A stretch of DNA of 64,000 nucleotides from Macrostomum lignano (Eukaryota): NCBI GenBank assembly GCA_002269645.1, contig NIVC01002494.1, positions 62,001 to 126,000 on the forward strand. The letters are read 5' to 3'. Shown piece after piece: positions 62,509 to 64,000 of this stretch. A model generated the notes under the pieces. It was not told where the DNA came from and did no database searches. It saw only the letters and a list, made by a program, of their open reading frames with translations. A program made the position numbers and the translations under genes. The first letter of the stretch is position 1. The number at the start of each line of letters is the position of its first letter.

Positions 62509-63847
62509 ATGAGGCTAAAAAACGCCAGCACAATCTTCATGACTTTTCTGGCTGCTTTTTGCATCCAGCTCGATGCGTCAAGCAAACTGCATCTCGCTGA
62601 TGACGGCTACTATAACGACTTGCTAGTCTTTGTGCAAATATCCGCAGACGGCAACGTGCAGGAGAAGCAGCTGGATTTGAGGCAGCTGGATCCGGTGGAA
62701 TTCGACGTCAGTGCTCGCAGCAACGTCGTCTTCTCGCTGTTTCTGCCAAGCGATCCCGCCAAGGTTGGCTCTCTGCGCCTCATGCTTCGGTCGCCAAGCG
62801 GTAGGACTTTCAGTTGCTCTGGAGGCAGCAGCGCCGTTTGCACAGTCGATGTTGCAGTCGGATCCGTGACAATGCAAATTCCTGATGCAGAGGTTGAGGT
62901 CAGTTGAGAAAAGTACGTGCATTATGAGCCAATGTTCTCGCTTGCTGGAGACATACTTTATGATAACAAAAGTCGAAAACAGCAAAAAGCTAATTTACTG
63001 AAAGCTACAGTAACAGTGTGTTACACTTGAACTAAAGTTTCATATTCACTGCACCAACTTTTTAATATGCTGTTCAGGAACAAAGAAATAGAAATTTTAG
63101 GCATCTATGGCAGTTAATTACGAACTAAGAACCGCCAAATTTAAGGACTTAAAAATAATGGTAATCGACTCGCCTCAAACCCGCCACTCCAACAGAGCGG
63201 AAAGTGGACGCTTGCGAACCTCGCAGTCGGTCTCGCACGCCGGATTCGCAGACAGGCAGCCTCAAACATGCGTATAGTTATCACCGCAAACCAGTTTGGC
63301 ATGCTTCCTGAAGGTACTATACTTAAGGTGAAACCAAACAAAGTGACAATGGTCAAGTATGATACTTCAATCAGTGTCGACGTGTATTTCTTATTAAAGC
63401 CCAAAATTCAGTATCGCATGTACGCAGTTGTCACAGCAGGCGGCACGGAAGTAGCTCGATTTTGTCTATTCCAACAACATAACAGTGAGTAAAGACTAAA
63501 TATTCAGTAGCGCTGAATTAAAATTGTTAGTCTCAAACAACGACTTGAAACACATATTACTCATTTTTTTCATACAGATGAAGAAGTATTCACCGCCCAG
63601 GTACCTCTCTATGCAGTACAGAAAGCTGGCCAGTATGCTGTCGCTGTGAATGTTCACACGTCCAAAATGGCAGAGTCTGCCGGCACTTTGACAGTTCAGG
63701 CGGAGGACCCCAACTTTGACAGACGTCGTATTGTGCCTGAAACAGTTACGGGGGTCTATGAAAGTAACTTAAATAACGCTAGCAAAAAATTTGAGATCAA
63801 ATGGAATCCAGCTGAAGATCCGTCTGGTCTACTCCCGCCTAAAGCAG
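62509..63847 (+). CDS. CLCA-like protein, copy B (partial; runs off the window). Exons 62509-62898, 63196-63484, 63578-63847
   Basis: Inverted paralogue of 49161-51228 with the same signal peptide, splice sites and intron phases; upstream similarity extends to about 62145 vs 51525. Confidence 0.65.
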
Positions 63848-64000
63848 GTAGGTGTAACGCTTGCAGCAGCTCTGCTGATTGTTGAAATACAAGCTGAAAT
63901 ATGAATTGTACCGAATAATATACTTTCACGTCACTTAGTTTCCAAAACACTTTGGCATATAGTTCAAAGAGTAAACAGTGCCCCAAATATCTGTTGCACA

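Overview
Eukaryotic (animal) genomic DNA. GC-rich exons, intronless GC-rich genes and introns filled with mini/microsatellites point to a free-living flatworm of the Macrostomum type (inference, not proven). The left two thirds carry host genes: an intronless M13 (neprilysin-like) peptidase (-), a decayed RTE-like LINE (+), an intronless SOBP-like FCS zinc-finger gene (+), a co-oriented minus-strand trio NDC80 -> RAD54B -> OXSM (mitochondrial KAS/FabF-type), and LRRC40 (+), divergent from NDC80 across a spacer holding a Mutator-like element with a 9-bp TSD and a tRNA-derived SINE. I reconstructed exons by hand from GT/AG sites and protein motifs; 16 of the 17 introns in these four spliced genes carry their own tandem array. 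The right third is a rearranged accessory region. It holds an inverted, internally deleted LRRC40 fragment; two inverted paralogues plus a 3' fragment of a secreted CLCA-like gene apparently lacking the protease and VWA domains; Polinton/Maverick (adintovirus-like) remnants (integrase chromodomain plus two penton 5' ends) bracketing a DIRS-like RT fragment; a perfect 36-bp hairpin; a head-to-tail dimer of a Crypton-like tyrosine-recombinase element; a 57-bp satellite carrying about 31 octamer motifs; and a discoidin/fucolectin-like gene. I found no rRNA, tRNA genes or CRISPR arrays. Best leads: an OXSM gene with no genomic start codon (candidate spliced-leader-donated AUG within an operon-like trio), the mini-CLCA architecture, the Crypton dimer junction, and a GAGAAT core shared by unrelated arrays. 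Family assignments rest on remembered motifs and need HMM/BLAST confirmation. Repeat boundaries are approximate.
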